Shown: positions 18,649 through 28,107 of the stretch, in pieces
How positions within the stretch are numbered: position 1 is the first letter of the stretch
Layout of the letters: each line of letters opens with the position of its first letter
From: Actinomycetota bacterium
GTDB lineage: Bacteria > Actinomycetota > Acidimicrobiia > Acidimicrobiales > JAMDDE01
NCBI GenBank assembly: GCA_023489235.1
Contig: JAMDDE010000012.1
Location: 34,570-98,569, forward strand
Direction of reading: 5' to 3'
DNA: 64,000 bases
The notes under the pieces: model-generated
Database searches by the model: none
Told to the model about the DNA's origin: nothing
The model's input: only the letters and a program-made list of their open reading frames with translations
Position numbers and translations under genes: made by a program

Positions 18649-20532
18649 ATGCTACATATCGCTTACCTGATACCTTTGTTGCCCCTCGCTGGGTTCTTGT
18701 TCTTGGTGGCCTTCGGTCATCGATTGGGCAAGCCTAAGGCAGGCTGGATTGCCACGACGGCTGTCGCTCTGTCGTTCGTGACTACCGCCATAGTGTTTGC
18801 CGGTCTTTTCTTACGGCAGCCATCGGATAGATCATTCACTCAGACACTGTTCACCTGGATGCCAGTGGGTCCCCTCCATGTCAATTTCACTGTACTGATC
18901 GACCCTCTCTCCATCACCATGGCTGCCTTCGTAACCGGAGTGAGCACTCTCATCCATATGTACTCGATCTGGTACATGGATCACGACGAACAATTCTCCA
19001 AGTTCTTCATTTACTTGAATTTGTTCGTCTTTTCTATGCTGGTGCTGGTATTGTCGGGGAATTTATTGTTCACCTTCCTTGGTTGGGAAGGGGTTGGTCT
19101 CTGCTCCTATCTGCTCATTGCTTTCTGGTTCGACAGGGACACTGCGGCTACAGCAGGAAAGAAGGCCTTTGTGTTCAACAGGATAGGAGACTCAGGCTTT
19201 CTCCTGGCTATGTTCCTCATCTTCTCCAAGGTAGGCACTCTCTCTTATCACGGCATATTTGCTCGTTTGCATCGCTTCAGCCCTGAAGAGATAACCGCCA
19301 TAGTTCTGCTCTTGTTCCTTGGAGCTGTAGGCAAGTCAGCCCAAATTCCTTTGTTCACCTGGCTTCCTGATGCCATGGAGGGTCCTACGCCAGTTTCCGC
19401 TCTTATCCATGCTGCTACCATGGTGACTGCGGGAGTTTACTTGATGGCGAGGGTTAATCCCTTGCTTCATCTCTCTCCCGATGCTGGCGAAGTGATAGCC
19501 ATCATCGGAGTGGTTACCGCTTTCGTAGCCGCCACTATTGCATGTACCCAGAACGACATCAAGAAGGTTCTTGCTTACTCGACCGTTTCTCAGCTTGGGT
19601 ACATGTTCTTGGCTATCGGAACTGGTGCTTATGTGGCTGCCATATTCTTGATGATCGCTCATGCATTCTTCAAAGCCCTACTGTTCCTCTCTGCCGGATC
19701 GGTCATCCATGCTGTCGAGGATGACCAGGATATGAAGCAGATGGGAGGATTGCGTCGCTTCCTGCCGGTAACCTACATAACCTTCATCGTTGCTTGGCTA
19801 TCCATAGCAGGAGTCCCACCCTTCTCCGGGTTCTGGGCCAAAGGAGATATCCTAGTCAATGCCTTTTCCAGATATCCCGGTTTGTGGGTGATAGGTGTCG
19901 TCACTGCAGCGTTGACCGCTTACTACATGGCTAGACAGTTCTTCCTCGTGTTTACTGGTTCTTCCAGATGGGAATCGGCTCACCCTGCTGGATTCGAGCC
20001 TCACGAGGGAGGATGGATCATGCGGTTTCCTTTGGTAGTCCTGGCAGTGCTGGCTGGATTTGGAGGTTTCGTCAACCTTCCCTTTCACCCACAGTGGAAT
20101 TTTCTAGGACGCTTCTTGGCTCCGGTGTTCCAAGGCACCATCTACCATCAAAGTGTAGGTGTTGGGGGAGAGTGGGGACTGGCCTTGACGGATGTAGTGA
20201 TGGCTGCGGTGGGAATTGGCATTGCCTGGAGAATATGGTATCCACAATGGAGCCATCCATCACTTGAACCCGCCTTCCTTCAGCGTTCTTGGATGGTGGA
20301 TGATCTGTACGATGCAGTAATAGGCCGCCCAGGTGCGGCGCTAGCCTCATTTGCTGCAGTGGTGGTTGATAACAAGATCATAGATGGAGCAGTTGTCGGA
20401 GTTGGAAAGTTCAGTGAACTCACTGGGCTGGTGTTGAGAAAGCTGCAGACCGGTTTTGTCAGGAATTACGCGTTGGGCATAACCATTGGCTTGGTTCTCC
20501 TCCTTGCGTGGATGGCTTCGAGGGTAGGGTAG
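18649..20532 (+). CDS. nuoL: NADH-quinone oxidoreductase subunit L
   Basis: ND5/antiporter-like family (GWEGVGLCSYLLI, GKSAQIPLFTWLPDAMEGPTPVSALIHAATMV). Confidence 0.93.
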   Translation: MLHIAYLIPLLPLAGFLFLVAFGHRLGKPKAGWIATTAVALSFVTTAIVFAGLFLRQPSDRSFTQTLFTWMPVGPLHVNFTVLIDPLSITMAAFVTGVSTLIHMYSIWYMDHDEQFSKFFIYLNLFVFSMLVLVLSGNLLFTFLGWEGVGLCSYLLIAFWFDRDTAATAGKKAFVFNRIGDSGFLLAMFLIFSKVGTLSYHGIFARLHRFSPEEITAIVLLLFLGAVGKSAQIPLFTWLPDAMEGPTPVSALIHAATMVTAGVYLMARVNPLLHLSPDAGEVIAIIGVVTAFVAATIACTQNDIKKVLAYSTVSQLGYMFLAIGTGAYVAAIFLMIAHAFFKALLFLSAGSVIHAVEDDQDMKQMGGLRRFLPVTYITFIVAWLSIAGVPPFSGFWAKGDILVNAFSRYPGLWVIGVVTAALTAYYMARQFFLVFTGSSRWESAHPAGFEPHEGGWIMRFPLVVLAVLAGFGGFVNLPFHPQWNFLGRFLAPVFQGTIYHQSVGVGGEWGLALTDVVMAAVGIGIAWRIWYPQWSHPSLEPAFLQRSWMVDDLYDAVIGRPGAALASFAAVVVDNKIIDGAVVGVGKFSELTGLVLRKLQTGFVRNYALGITIGLVLLLAWMASRVG

Positions 20533-20534
20533 AC

Positions 20535-22151
20535 ATGAACACACAACCATTCCCTTATCTCACCACGTTGGTACTTCTACCTGCTGGAGCAGCGGTAGTC
20601 ATTGCCGCTTTGCCGAGCAACGCAAAGAGGTTGATTCAGTGGCTAGGGGTACTGGCTTCAGTGGCTGTCTTGGCCCTTGCCGTCACCGTAGCTGTAGAGT
20701 TTCGGGTTGGTTACGCTGCCTATCAGATGATATCCAACCACTCTTGGATATCGACGTATGGGATTTCCTGGGACCTTGGCATAGATGGCATCTCGCTGTT
20801 CCTGGTTCTTTTGGTAGCCGTGGTGTTTCCTCTGGCACTTAGTGGGGCACAAGTCAAGGAGAACTCCAAGTCGTACGTGGCCTGGATGCTACTACTGGAG
20901 GCGGCTTGTTTGGGGAGCTTCCTCTCTCTTGACCTACTGTTGTTCTTTTTGTTCTTTGAGCTCACCTTAGTGCCGACTTATTTCATCATTGGGCGTTGGG
21001 GGCATGAACGACGCTCTTATGCGGCCGTCAAGTTCTTCATATACACCTTTGCAGGATCGGCCTTCTTGTTGGTGGGCATTGTCACCTTAGTATTCATCCA
21101 TCAACACCAGACCGGGGTTCTCACCTTCAACCTTACCCAACTCATATCCACCCGGCTTGACCTCGGCACCCAGATCCTTTTGTTCTTGGCCTTCACCTCG
21201 GCCTTTGCAGTCAAGGCTCCCGTATTTCCTTTGCACACCTGGTCACCGGATGCTTACAGGGAAGCACCTGCTGGAGGATCGGTGGTACTGGCAGCGATCA
21301 TGGCCAAGCTGGGTACTTATGGGATCATTCGCTTCGATCTCAACCTCTTTCCCAGGGCCTCGGTCGATTTGGCTCCATTGCTTCTCACCTTGGCGGTCAT
21401 TGGCATCATCTATGGGGCGATCGTAGCAGCAGCTCAATCCGACCTTAAGCGATTGGTGGCTTACTCCTCACTTGCATCTCTGGGTTTTATTGTCCTCGGA
21501 ACCTTCGCTTTCAGCAGTGAGGGGCTAGCTGGGGGCGTAATCCAAATGGTCAACCACGGTCTCATAACCGCTGCTCTATTCCTGCTCATTGGTATGATCT
21601 ATGAGCGTAGGGGAACGTGGTCGATACCCAAGCTAGGAGGTCTGCAAAAACCCGCTCCAGTATTAGCAGCAGTCTTCACAGTGGTGATGCTTGCCTCGAT
21701 CGGTCTACCCGGTCTAGCTGGCTTCGTAGGTGAATTCCTCATCTTGACGGGTACTTTCATCACCCATCGCTGGTGGGCAGTGGTTGCCACCAGCGGAGTC
21801 ATCTTTGCTGCTTTGTATTTACTCTGGGCTTATCAGCGAGCGTTCCATGGCCGTCCGAATGCGGAGAACTCCAAAGTAGCCGACCTCAGCTGGAAGGAAG
21901 GGCTGGTAATGTTGCCCCTTGTTGTCTTGATCGTCTTTATCGGTATTTATCCAAAACCTGTACTGGATCGCATTACCCCTTCAGTGGATCGTCTGATCGC
22001 TCAGGTTGATCGTGAGGCTCACACCAAGCCACCACAGTTTGCTATCCCAGCAAAACAACTCCCCAAGCCTACTGATCCCACCATATCTACTAGCTCTATA
22101 CGATCAATTCCTTCGTCAAGGCAGGGAGCGTTCAATGGAGGATCGAGATGA
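20535..22151 (+). CDS. nuoM: NADH-quinone oxidoreductase subunit M
   Basis: ND4 family (FFELTLVPTYFII, KAPVFPLHTWSPDAYREAP). The ATG at 20535 lies just after the nuoL stop. The ORF-track start at 20508 would overlap nuoL. Confidence 0.92.
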   Translation: MNTQPFPYLTTLVLLPAGAAVVIAALPSNAKRLIQWLGVLASVAVLALAVTVAVEFRVGYAAYQMISNHSWISTYGISWDLGIDGISLFLVLLVAVVFPLALSGAQVKENSKSYVAWMLLLEAACLGSFLSLDLLLFFLFFELTLVPTYFIIGRWGHERRSYAAVKFFIYTFAGSAFLLVGIVTLVFIHQHQTGVLTFNLTQLISTRLDLGTQILLFLAFTSAFAVKAPVFPLHTWSPDAYREAPAGGSVVLAAIMAKLGTYGIIRFDLNLFPRASVDLAPLLLTLAVIGIIYGAIVAAAQSDLKRLVAYSSLASLGFIVLGTFAFSSEGLAGGVIQMVNHGLITAALFLLIGMIYERRGTWSIPKLGGLQKPAPVLAAVFTVVMLASIGLPGLAGFVGEFLILTGTFITHRWWAVVATSGVIFAALYLLWAYQRAFHGRPNAENSKVADLSWKEGLVMLPLVVLIVFIGIYPKPVLDRITPSVDRLIAQVDREAHTKPPQFAIPAKQLPKPTDPTISTSSIRSIPSSRQGAFNGGSR

Positions 22152-23686
22152 CACTGCATAGCACTGGCCTATTGGCCACGTTGGCACCTGTTCATATTCC
22201 CCCACTGGCGTACTCAGCGGTATTACCTCCAGTGATCATGATAGGGATGGCGCTGTTCCTACTGCTGCTCTCTGCCATGTTCAAGCGTCAACCCAACACG
22301 GGAGTGTACACGGCTCTGACTGCAGCAGCGTCCCTGGGAGCCATAGCCGCATCCTTGGTCCTCTGGCACTACATATCGGTTCGGCATGGACCGTACACCG
22401 CCATGGAGGGGGCTATCTCGGTTGACGGTTTCAGTGTATTGGTTATGGTTCTAGTGAGCTGTGCCCTGTTCCTTACTGCTCTGTCTAGTGATGGATATCT
22501 TCGTCGGGAGGGAGTGCAAGGGCCGGAGTACCACGCCTTGATGTTACTATCCACTTCAGGAGCTATGCTCATGGGGGCAGCGGGAGATCTCATCGTGATC
22601 TTCCTAGGACTGGAGATCATGTCCATAGCACTGTACGTGCTTGCTGGCATGGACAGCAAGCGTCGTGAGTCAGGCGAGGCTGCTATCAAGTACTTTATTT
22701 TGGGTGCATTCTCCTCGGCTGTGTTTGTCTACGGAATAGCGTTGACCTATGGAGCTACTGGATCGCTCAACCTTGCGCAGATAGCCAATTACTTGAGCAA
22801 GAACGTGCTCATCTCCAATGGGTTGCTCTTGGTCGGGTTGGCTTTATTGGTCGTAGGCTTTGCCTTCAAGATAGCTGCAGTGCCATTTCACATGTGGACC
22901 CCCGATGTTTACGAAGGGTCACCCACGCCAGTGACGGGGTTCATGGCGTCTGTCGCCAAGGCGGGCGGGTTTGCAGCCTTGCTCAGAGTTCTTCTAACTG
23001 CCGGAGATGTGTTGCGCTTGGATTGGCAACCCATGATTTGGGTTTTGGCCATCCTAACCCTTCTGGGTGGAGCGATTTTAGCCTTGGTGCAGACTAATGT
23101 GAAGCGAATGCTTGCTTACTCCTCCATAAACCATGCTGGATTTGTGCTGGTCGGAGTTGAAGCAGCAACTCGCCAAGGGGTTGATGCAGCCTTGTACTAC
23201 TTGTTTACCTATACTTTCGTGGTAATTGGCAGTTTTGCTGTAGTTTCTGTAGTAGGTGGCAAAGGAGACAAAGCTCACAATTTAGAGGAGTACAAAGGTC
23301 TTTCTGCCACTCAGCCCTTGTTGGCGGCCATGCTGGCGTTGTTCTTGCTCGCTCAGGCTGGTATTCCCTTCACAACCGGCTTTCTTGCCAAGTTCACCGT
23401 CATTGCTGCCGCTGCGGACAGCCACTCCTATGCGCTGGCCATTATTGCCATGCTCTCTGCGGCCATTGCAGCATTCTTCTACCTGAGAGTTGTCTTCTAT
23501 ATGTACAGCTCCTCTCCGGAGACATCGACTGCTGGTAGCATGGGAGTGCTTAGAGCGCAAGCAGCTCTGAAAGTACCTGCAACCATGGCTATAGCGCTTG
23601 GCCTTGCAGCAGCTTTCACATTGTTTTTCGGTATTGTTCCTGCACCTGTGATCGACTTTGCCCATAAGGCTACTCTGTTGTTCTGA
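22148..23686 (+). CDS. nuoN: NADH-quinone oxidoreductase subunit N
   Basis: ND2 family (LGLEIMSIALYVL, KIAAVPFHMWTPDVYEGSPTPV). ATGA overlap with nuoM. It is the last gene of the operon. Confidence 0.92.
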   Translation: MTLHSTGLLATLAPVHIPPLAYSAVLPPVIMIGMALFLLLLSAMFKRQPNTGVYTALTAAASLGAIAASLVLWHYISVRHGPYTAMEGAISVDGFSVLVMVLVSCALFLTALSSDGYLRREGVQGPEYHALMLLSTSGAMLMGAAGDLIVIFLGLEIMSIALYVLAGMDSKRRESGEAAIKYFILGAFSSAVFVYGIALTYGATGSLNLAQIANYLSKNVLISNGLLLVGLALLVVGFAFKIAAVPFHMWTPDVYEGSPTPVTGFMASVAKAGGFAALLRVLLTAGDVLRLDWQPMIWVLAILTLLGGAILALVQTNVKRMLAYSSINHAGFVLVGVEAATRQGVDAALYYLFTYTFVVIGSFAVVSVVGGKGDKAHNLEEYKGLSATQPLLAAMLALFLLAQAGIPFTTGFLAKFTVIAAAADSHSYALAIIAMLSAAIAAFFYLRVVFYMYSSSPETSTAGSMGVLRAQAALKVPATMAIALGLAAAFTLFFGIVPAPVIDFAHKATLLF

Positions 23687-23690
23687 GCTA

Positions 23691-23721
23691 GCCTGAGATT
23701 AGTACACTCGGCAATTTTTTT
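23691..23721 (+). terminator. candidate intrinsic terminator after nuoN
   Basis: GCCtGAG (23691-23697) pairs with CTCGGC (23707-23712) around a 9-nt loop, followed by AATTTTTTT. Confidence 0.5.
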
Positions 23722-23729
23722 CCCTTCAC

Positions 23730-23763
23730 TCTTGGTTGATCGCGAATTTTGGTTAATCGCGAA
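23730..23763. repeat. 17-bp tandem direct repeat upstream of flgN
   Basis: TCTTGGTTGATCGCGAA then TTTTGGTTAATCGCGAA (15/17 identical). A third TTTTGGTTG lies at 23818-23826. TTTCCC(C)TTCACT also occurs twice (23719 and 23805). Confidence 0.8.
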
Positions 23764-23831
23764 GTAAGTGTCTTTGCTCTCGTAGCCGGCTAAGCCTCGG
23801 TAACTTTCCCCTTCACTTTTTGGTTGTTTTT

Positions 23832-23839
23832 ACCGATAT
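23832..23839 (+). promoter_or_regulatory. sigma-28-like -10 element (ACCGATAT) 7 nt upstream of the flgN ATG
   Basis: ACCGATAT-acaggca-ATG. There is no SD in between and no convincing TAAA -35. Confidence 0.4.
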
Positions 23840-23846
23840 ACAGGCA

Positions 23847-24332
23847 ATGGGATACGAGCGCGTCTCGAATCAGCTCTGGCAGGAACGGAAGATACTGGAG
23901 TTGCTTGTGTTCAAGTTGGAAGAGGAGCATCTCATCTTGGTTTCTGGTCGTCATGCGTGGTTGAAGCATGCAACGACCGAAGTTGAGCATGTGGTCGATG
24001 CTCTTCGGGCTGCTGAAGCTGTGAGAGCAGAGGCAGTGGCTGAACTTGGTGAAGAGTTGGGTATTGGATCAACTCCAAGCATCCTGGATATAGCCGAGGC
24101 CGCAGGAGATCCGTGGTCGGAAATCTTCATCCAGCATCAAGAGGAGCTGCTCAAGATCTTGAACAAGATCAACTCCATTGCCACTGCTAATCGGGAGATC
24201 CTAGCTCAGAACATAGTGGCAACCACTGATGCTCTGTCGCTTCTCGGAGAGAGTCCTGTTGCTGCCTATGACTCCAATGCACAGGCTGTTTCAGAAGCGC
24301 CAAGTGCTCGACTGATGAACGCGTCTCTATGA
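23847..24332 (+). CDS. flgN: FlgN-family flagellar export chaperone (putative)
   Basis: All-helical ~160-aa protein (LWQERKILELLVFKLEEEHLIL...) directly upstream of flgK-flgL, as in Firmicutes and Actinobacteria. The start is placed at the first ATG (23847); the ORF-track TTG at 23820 is less likely. Confidence 0.6.
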   Translation: MGYERVSNQLWQERKILELLVFKLEEEHLILVSGRHAWLKHATTEVEHVVDALRAAEAVRAEAVAELGEELGIGSTPSILDIAEAAGDPWSEIFIQHQEELLKILNKINSIATANREILAQNIVATTDALSLLGESPVAAYDSNAQAVSEAPSARLMNASL

Positions 24333-24345
24333 AAAAGGTGGGACA

Positions 24346-26010
24346 GTGGGCGATCTAGGAATGTACATAGCAGCATCTGGTTTGGACGCTGCCCGAACAG
24401 CCATGGATGCTGTGGCAGAGAATTTGGCCAATGCCGATACAGCTTCTTATGTGCGCGAACGAGTGAATCTTGCTGCTTCTCCATCATTGGACATAAATGG
24501 AGTTGGCAGTGGGGTAGAGGTGGCAAGCATAAGCCAAGTAGCCAATGCCGTTTTGGCTGCAACTGCATTGGCTGGCCAGTCATCACTAGCTTATGCCAGT
24601 ACCTCTCAGCAGATTGCCCAGAGCATCCAGGGGATATTTCCTGAGCCAAATGGATCTTCCGGGATATCGACTCAACTATCCAACTTCTGGAACTCCTGGG
24701 ATCAGATAGCGGCAGACCCTACAGCACTGGCTCCAAGAACGGAGGTGGTAGCACAAGCACAATCCTTGACAACGAGCTTAAACTTGGCTGCTACCGATCT
24801 ATCTCAGCTTGCTGTGTCCACGACCTCGCAGCTTCAGCAGGTAGTAAATCAGGTGAACACCTATGACACCCAAGTGGCTCAGTTGAACAGTCAAATAATC
24901 CAAGCCAAAGCAACTGGCGCTGATGCCAACTCCCTCATTGATCAGCGTAATCAAATCATCACCGATCTGGGTAAGTACATAGGGGTTACTTCCAGAGAGA
25001 GCCAGAACGGCAGCGTTAGTTTGAGTGTAGGTGGCGTGATGCTGGTGCAAGACACCTCGGTCACGCAGCTGGCTTTGAATACTGCATCTGGGGTTACTTC
25101 AGTTGTGGCCAAGAACGCAGGAGTTGCCCTTCCGGTTACCTCTGGATCAGCTGCTGCTTATTTGAAAGCCTTGAACACTACTATTCCTACCTATCAAAGC
25201 TATCTAGACGGTGTGGCCAATGATCTCGCCAATACAGTCAACAACCAGTTGAGCCAAGGAGTAGCTTGGTATCCTGCTATTACAGGAGCTGTCGATCCCT
25301 CTACTTCGTCTACTACAGGGGGCAGCTTGTCTGTCAGCTTTGACGGGAACACCTACAACTATTCAATCTCTGCTTGGAGCAGCATAACCCAACTGGAGCA
25401 GAACATAGCTACTGCATCAGGAGGGCAGTTAACCGCCACTACGAACTCCTCTGGTCAGCTGGTCATTGATGCGACCAATCCTGAGCAAGCTTCCACTCTA
25501 GAGATCACTGGTGGCTCAGTACTTGCTGCACTTGGTTTGACACAGGCGGTTCCTGCTTCTGCGGTTCAAACCCAGCTCCCAGCTCCCAATCAGCCCATGT
25601 TCGAGGTATCTACGTCGACTACACCTGGTGCAGCAGCCTCTTCTATCTCTGTCAATCCGGCAGTTGTGAATAATCCTTATCTCATTGCTGCAGCCTCTCC
25701 AGGGGGCGGTCCATCGGACGGCTCCAATGCTCAGGCAATGGCCAATCTGTACAACTCTTCTAATGGCCCGGATCAAGCTTATGCAACTATGATTGGTGAA
25801 CTTGGGGCATATGTCCAGACGGCAAATGAACAAGCTCAAGCGGCCACGAGCCTTTCCACCTCTGCCACAGCAGTGAATCAAGCAGTGTCTGGGGTGAATA
25901 TAGATCAGGAGATGGTGGACATGCTCAATTATCAGCAGGCCTACCAAGCTTCAGCAAAGGTAATTTCTACAGTAAATACTATGATAACCTCTTTGATGCA
26001 GGCTGTATAG
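24346..26010 (+). CDS. flgK: flagellar hook-associated protein 1
   Basis: N-terminal rod/hook motif (ASGLDAARTAMDAVAENLANADTASYVRE) and the C-terminal conserved segment (NIDQEMVDMLNYQQAYQASAKVIS). Confidence 0.9.
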   Translation: MGDLGMYIAASGLDAARTAMDAVAENLANADTASYVRERVNLAASPSLDINGVGSGVEVASISQVANAVLAATALAGQSSLAYASTSQQIAQSIQGIFPEPNGSSGISTQLSNFWNSWDQIAADPTALAPRTEVVAQAQSLTTSLNLAATDLSQLAVSTTSQLQQVVNQVNTYDTQVAQLNSQIIQAKATGADANSLIDQRNQIITDLGKYIGVTSRESQNGSVSLSVGGVMLVQDTSVTQLALNTASGVTSVVAKNAGVALPVTSGSAAAYLKALNTTIPTYQSYLDGVANDLANTVNNQLSQGVAWYPAITGAVDPSTSSTTGGSLSVSFDGNTYNYSISAWSSITQLEQNIATASGGQLTATTNSSGQLVIDATNPEQASTLEITGGSVLAALGLTQAVPASAVQTQLPAPNQPMFEVSTSTTPGAAASSISVNPAVVNNPYLIAAASPGGGPSDGSNAQAMANLYNSSNGPDQAYATMIGELGAYVQTANEQAQAATSLSTSATAVNQAVSGVNIDQEMVDMLNYQQAYQASAKVISTVNTMITSLMQAV

Positions 26011-26064
26011 GACTATGACTTTATGACCCATGAGATGCGTGCTGAATGATAGGAGTGTTGAACA

Positions 26065-27015
26065 GTGAGTGAGTTAGGAGCAACCCCAATCTTGTTCACT
26101 CCAACTGTTGCTGCCGACCAGGTGGTGAACAACCTTACCAATGATCAAGTAACTCTTGCCAAGCTGGAGAACCAACTTTCTACTGGCCACAGCATAAACC
26201 AACCCTCTGATAATCCTGCTCAGACAGTAAACATATTGAACTTGAAGGCGTCCGTAGCCAGGGCCAGCCAGTACGAAGCCAATGCCTCTGATGGTGAGGC
26301 ATGGCTCCAGACGGCCAATAGTGTCATGAACCAGATATTGAGTACCCTTCAGAATGTCCAGCAAGTAGTGCTCAGTGCTGATGCTCCCAATACCGTCAAC
26401 CAGGCATCGCTCGATGGCATGGCTTCGCAGGTCGGTGCAGCAAGACAGGCATTGTTGAACTTGGCTAATACGACCTATGGTGGTCAAGCAATTTTTGCAG
26501 GAACTGGTAGTCCCAGCCAGATCAACTCTGCCGGTGCCTATGATGCTGGCATAGCCTACGACTCGACTGGCAGGTATGTTGGAGGATCAAGTGTTCCAAC
26601 CAGGACAGTTGCTCCAGGAATATCCGTTCCTATAGCAGTAACTGGACCATCGGTGTTCGGTTCTGGAAGCTCAGGTTTGCTAGGCCCCAGTGGCATCTTG
26701 GCAACCATAGAAAGCGATCTCCGATCCGGTAATGTAAGCGCTGTTACCACCACAGATCTGTCCAACCTCAAGGCAGCTATCAACATGGTTCAAGATCAAG
26801 CAGCAATAGTCGGTGCCCAGTATCAGCGGATACAGACCTTGTCCGCTCAGGCTACCCAAACCAAACAGGCCTTGCAGACCGAACTTTCTGCAGTCAATGA
26901 CGTGAACCTTCCCAAAGCAGCCACAGAACTCCAGCAGCAGCAGAACTCTTATCAAGCAGCTTTATGGGCGGCTTCCCAGCTCGTTCCCATGTCATTAGTG
27001 GACTTTCTGTCATGA
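26065..27015 (+). CDS. flgL: flagellar hook-associated protein 3 (hook-filament junction)
   Basis: Flagellin-like N-terminus (LENQLSTGHSINQPSDNPAQ) and C-terminus (NLPKAATELQQQQNSYQAALWAASQL). It follows flgK. Confidence 0.88.
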   Translation: MSELGATPILFTPTVAADQVVNNLTNDQVTLAKLENQLSTGHSINQPSDNPAQTVNILNLKASVARASQYEANASDGEAWLQTANSVMNQILSTLQNVQQVVLSADAPNTVNQASLDGMASQVGAARQALLNLANTTYGGQAIFAGTGSPSQINSAGAYDAGIAYDSTGRYVGGSSVPTRTVAPGISVPIAVTGPSVFGSGSSGLLGPSGILATIESDLRSGNVSAVTTTDLSNLKAAINMVQDQAAIVGAQYQRIQTLSAQATQTKQALQTELSAVNDVNLPKAATELQQQQNSYQAALWAASQLVPMSLVDFLS

Positions 27016-27509
27016 GCCCGCTGCATCTATCTATCGTTGATGTCCGAGCCGAGGAGCTGGAAGCCAATAATTCGGAGAACAAGGGTGGTTCTTGGGCTGG
27101 AGAGAATGGACCTGTACTGCACTTTGTCGAAGGGATACCCGGTTTCCCTTCGGCGCGCCACTTTGTCGTAGTACCGCTTCCACCAGATCTTGAACCTTTT
27201 TGTCGTATTCGTTGTCTGGACGTGTCTGGCTTGGAGTTCGTGGTTGTTCCTCCTGGGCTATTGTTCGACAATTACAAAGTCGAGGTAGAGGATGAGGAGG
27301 TAGAACGGTTGGGCTTGACGACAGAAGAGGATGCAGTGGTGCTCGTCATTGTCACTCTAGCCCGATTACCCGCTGTGCCTACGGTGAATCTCTTGGGACC
27401 GTTGGTAATTAACAAGCGTACTATGACTGCTGCTCAGGTCATCCAACACACTTCAGGCTACGGTGTATCCGTGCCCATCCCTATGAGCTCGGTGGAGTCT
27501 GCGCTGTAG
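27012..27509 (+). CDS. fliW: flagellar assembly factor FliW
   Basis: FliW pattern: FVEGIPGFPSARHFVVVPL, PFCRIRCLD..GLEFVVVPP, VNLLGPLVINKRTMTAAQVI. The ATG at 27012 overlaps the flgL stop (ATGA). Confidence 0.85.
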   Translation: MSPLHLSIVDVRAEELEANNSENKGGSWAGENGPVLHFVEGIPGFPSARHFVVVPLPPDLEPFCRIRCLDVSGLEFVVVPPGLLFDNYKVEVEDEEVERLGLTTEEDAVVLVIVTLARLPAVPTVNLLGPLVINKRTMTAAQVIQHTSGYGVSVPIPMSSVESAL

Positions 27510-27523
27510 CTTGTTTGACCAGC

Positions 27524-27880
27524 TCAACTTTGAGGTTGAGGAGGTTGGCTACCTCCCCTGTCCACTACTACTTCGACTACATCGTCTTCGGCTGTACTCA
27601 GAGGAGATGGTTCAGGATGCTTGATTCTTGTCGTTCCTGAAGACCCGGAACGCTTCTCACCGAGGAACTCACCCAGACTGGAAAGATCACCGCCACTCGA
27701 TGATGCCGCCAAACGATTTGCTTGTTGTATGGCTTCATATACCTCCTGACGATGCACCTCTACATCACGCGGTGCCTCTATCCCCAGTCGTACATGGTCG
27801 CGATGAACCTCCAGCACGGTAACCACCACGTCGGCTCCTATGCGTATGCTCTCGTTTGATCGTCGACTCAGTACCAGCAC
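27524..27880 (-). CDS. csrA: carbon storage regulator CsrA with a long C-terminal extension
   Basis: (V)LVLSRRSNESIRIGADVVVTVLEVHRDHVRLGIEAPRDVEVHRQEVY aligns with the CsrA core. The GTG at 27880 is preceded by AAGGAGGAGG. About 55 extra low-complexity residues follow the core. The longer ORF-track N-terminus has no homology. Confidence 0.88.
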   Translation of the reverse strand: MLVLSRRSNESIRIGADVVVTVLEVHRDHVRLGIEAPRDVEVHRQEVYEAIQQANRLAASSSGGDLSSLGEFLGEKRSGSSGTTRIKHPEPSPLSTAEDDVVEVVVDRGGSQPPQPQS

Positions 27881-27974
27881 GGGCCTCCTCCTTGATGGCC
27901 ACGGTAAGGCAACGCTCGAAGCCACAGTGACGACGAGGTCATCTAAGTACCATTTAAGCAAGATAAATTATATC

Positions 27975-28002
27975 GTGTTATTCGGCACGATAGCGTTATT
28001 CG
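27975..28002. repeat. copy 1 of a 28-bp direct repeat containing two GTTATTCG half-sites
   Basis: GTGTTATTCGGCAcgatAGCGTTATTCG. The half-sites are 18 nt apart. It lies upstream of csrA, next to a TATAAT on the minus strand (27967-27972). Confidence 0.75.
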
Positions 28003-28107
28003 TAATGTAGTGCGCCCTGCATATGCCTGAAACCGTATTCAAAGCTGCAGCTGCCAAAGGATGTTGTGCACATTGCAGCGCTTCATCCCTCTCTCTAGTG
28101 ATCTGGT

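Noticed and set aside
27881-27961. 27-codon N-terminal extension of the csrA ORF in the six-frame track (start at 27961)
   Set aside because: CsrA homology begins exactly at the GTG at 27880, which has a strong AAGGAGGAGG SD. The upstream residues (MLKWYLDDLVV...) match nothing and would contain the SD itself.
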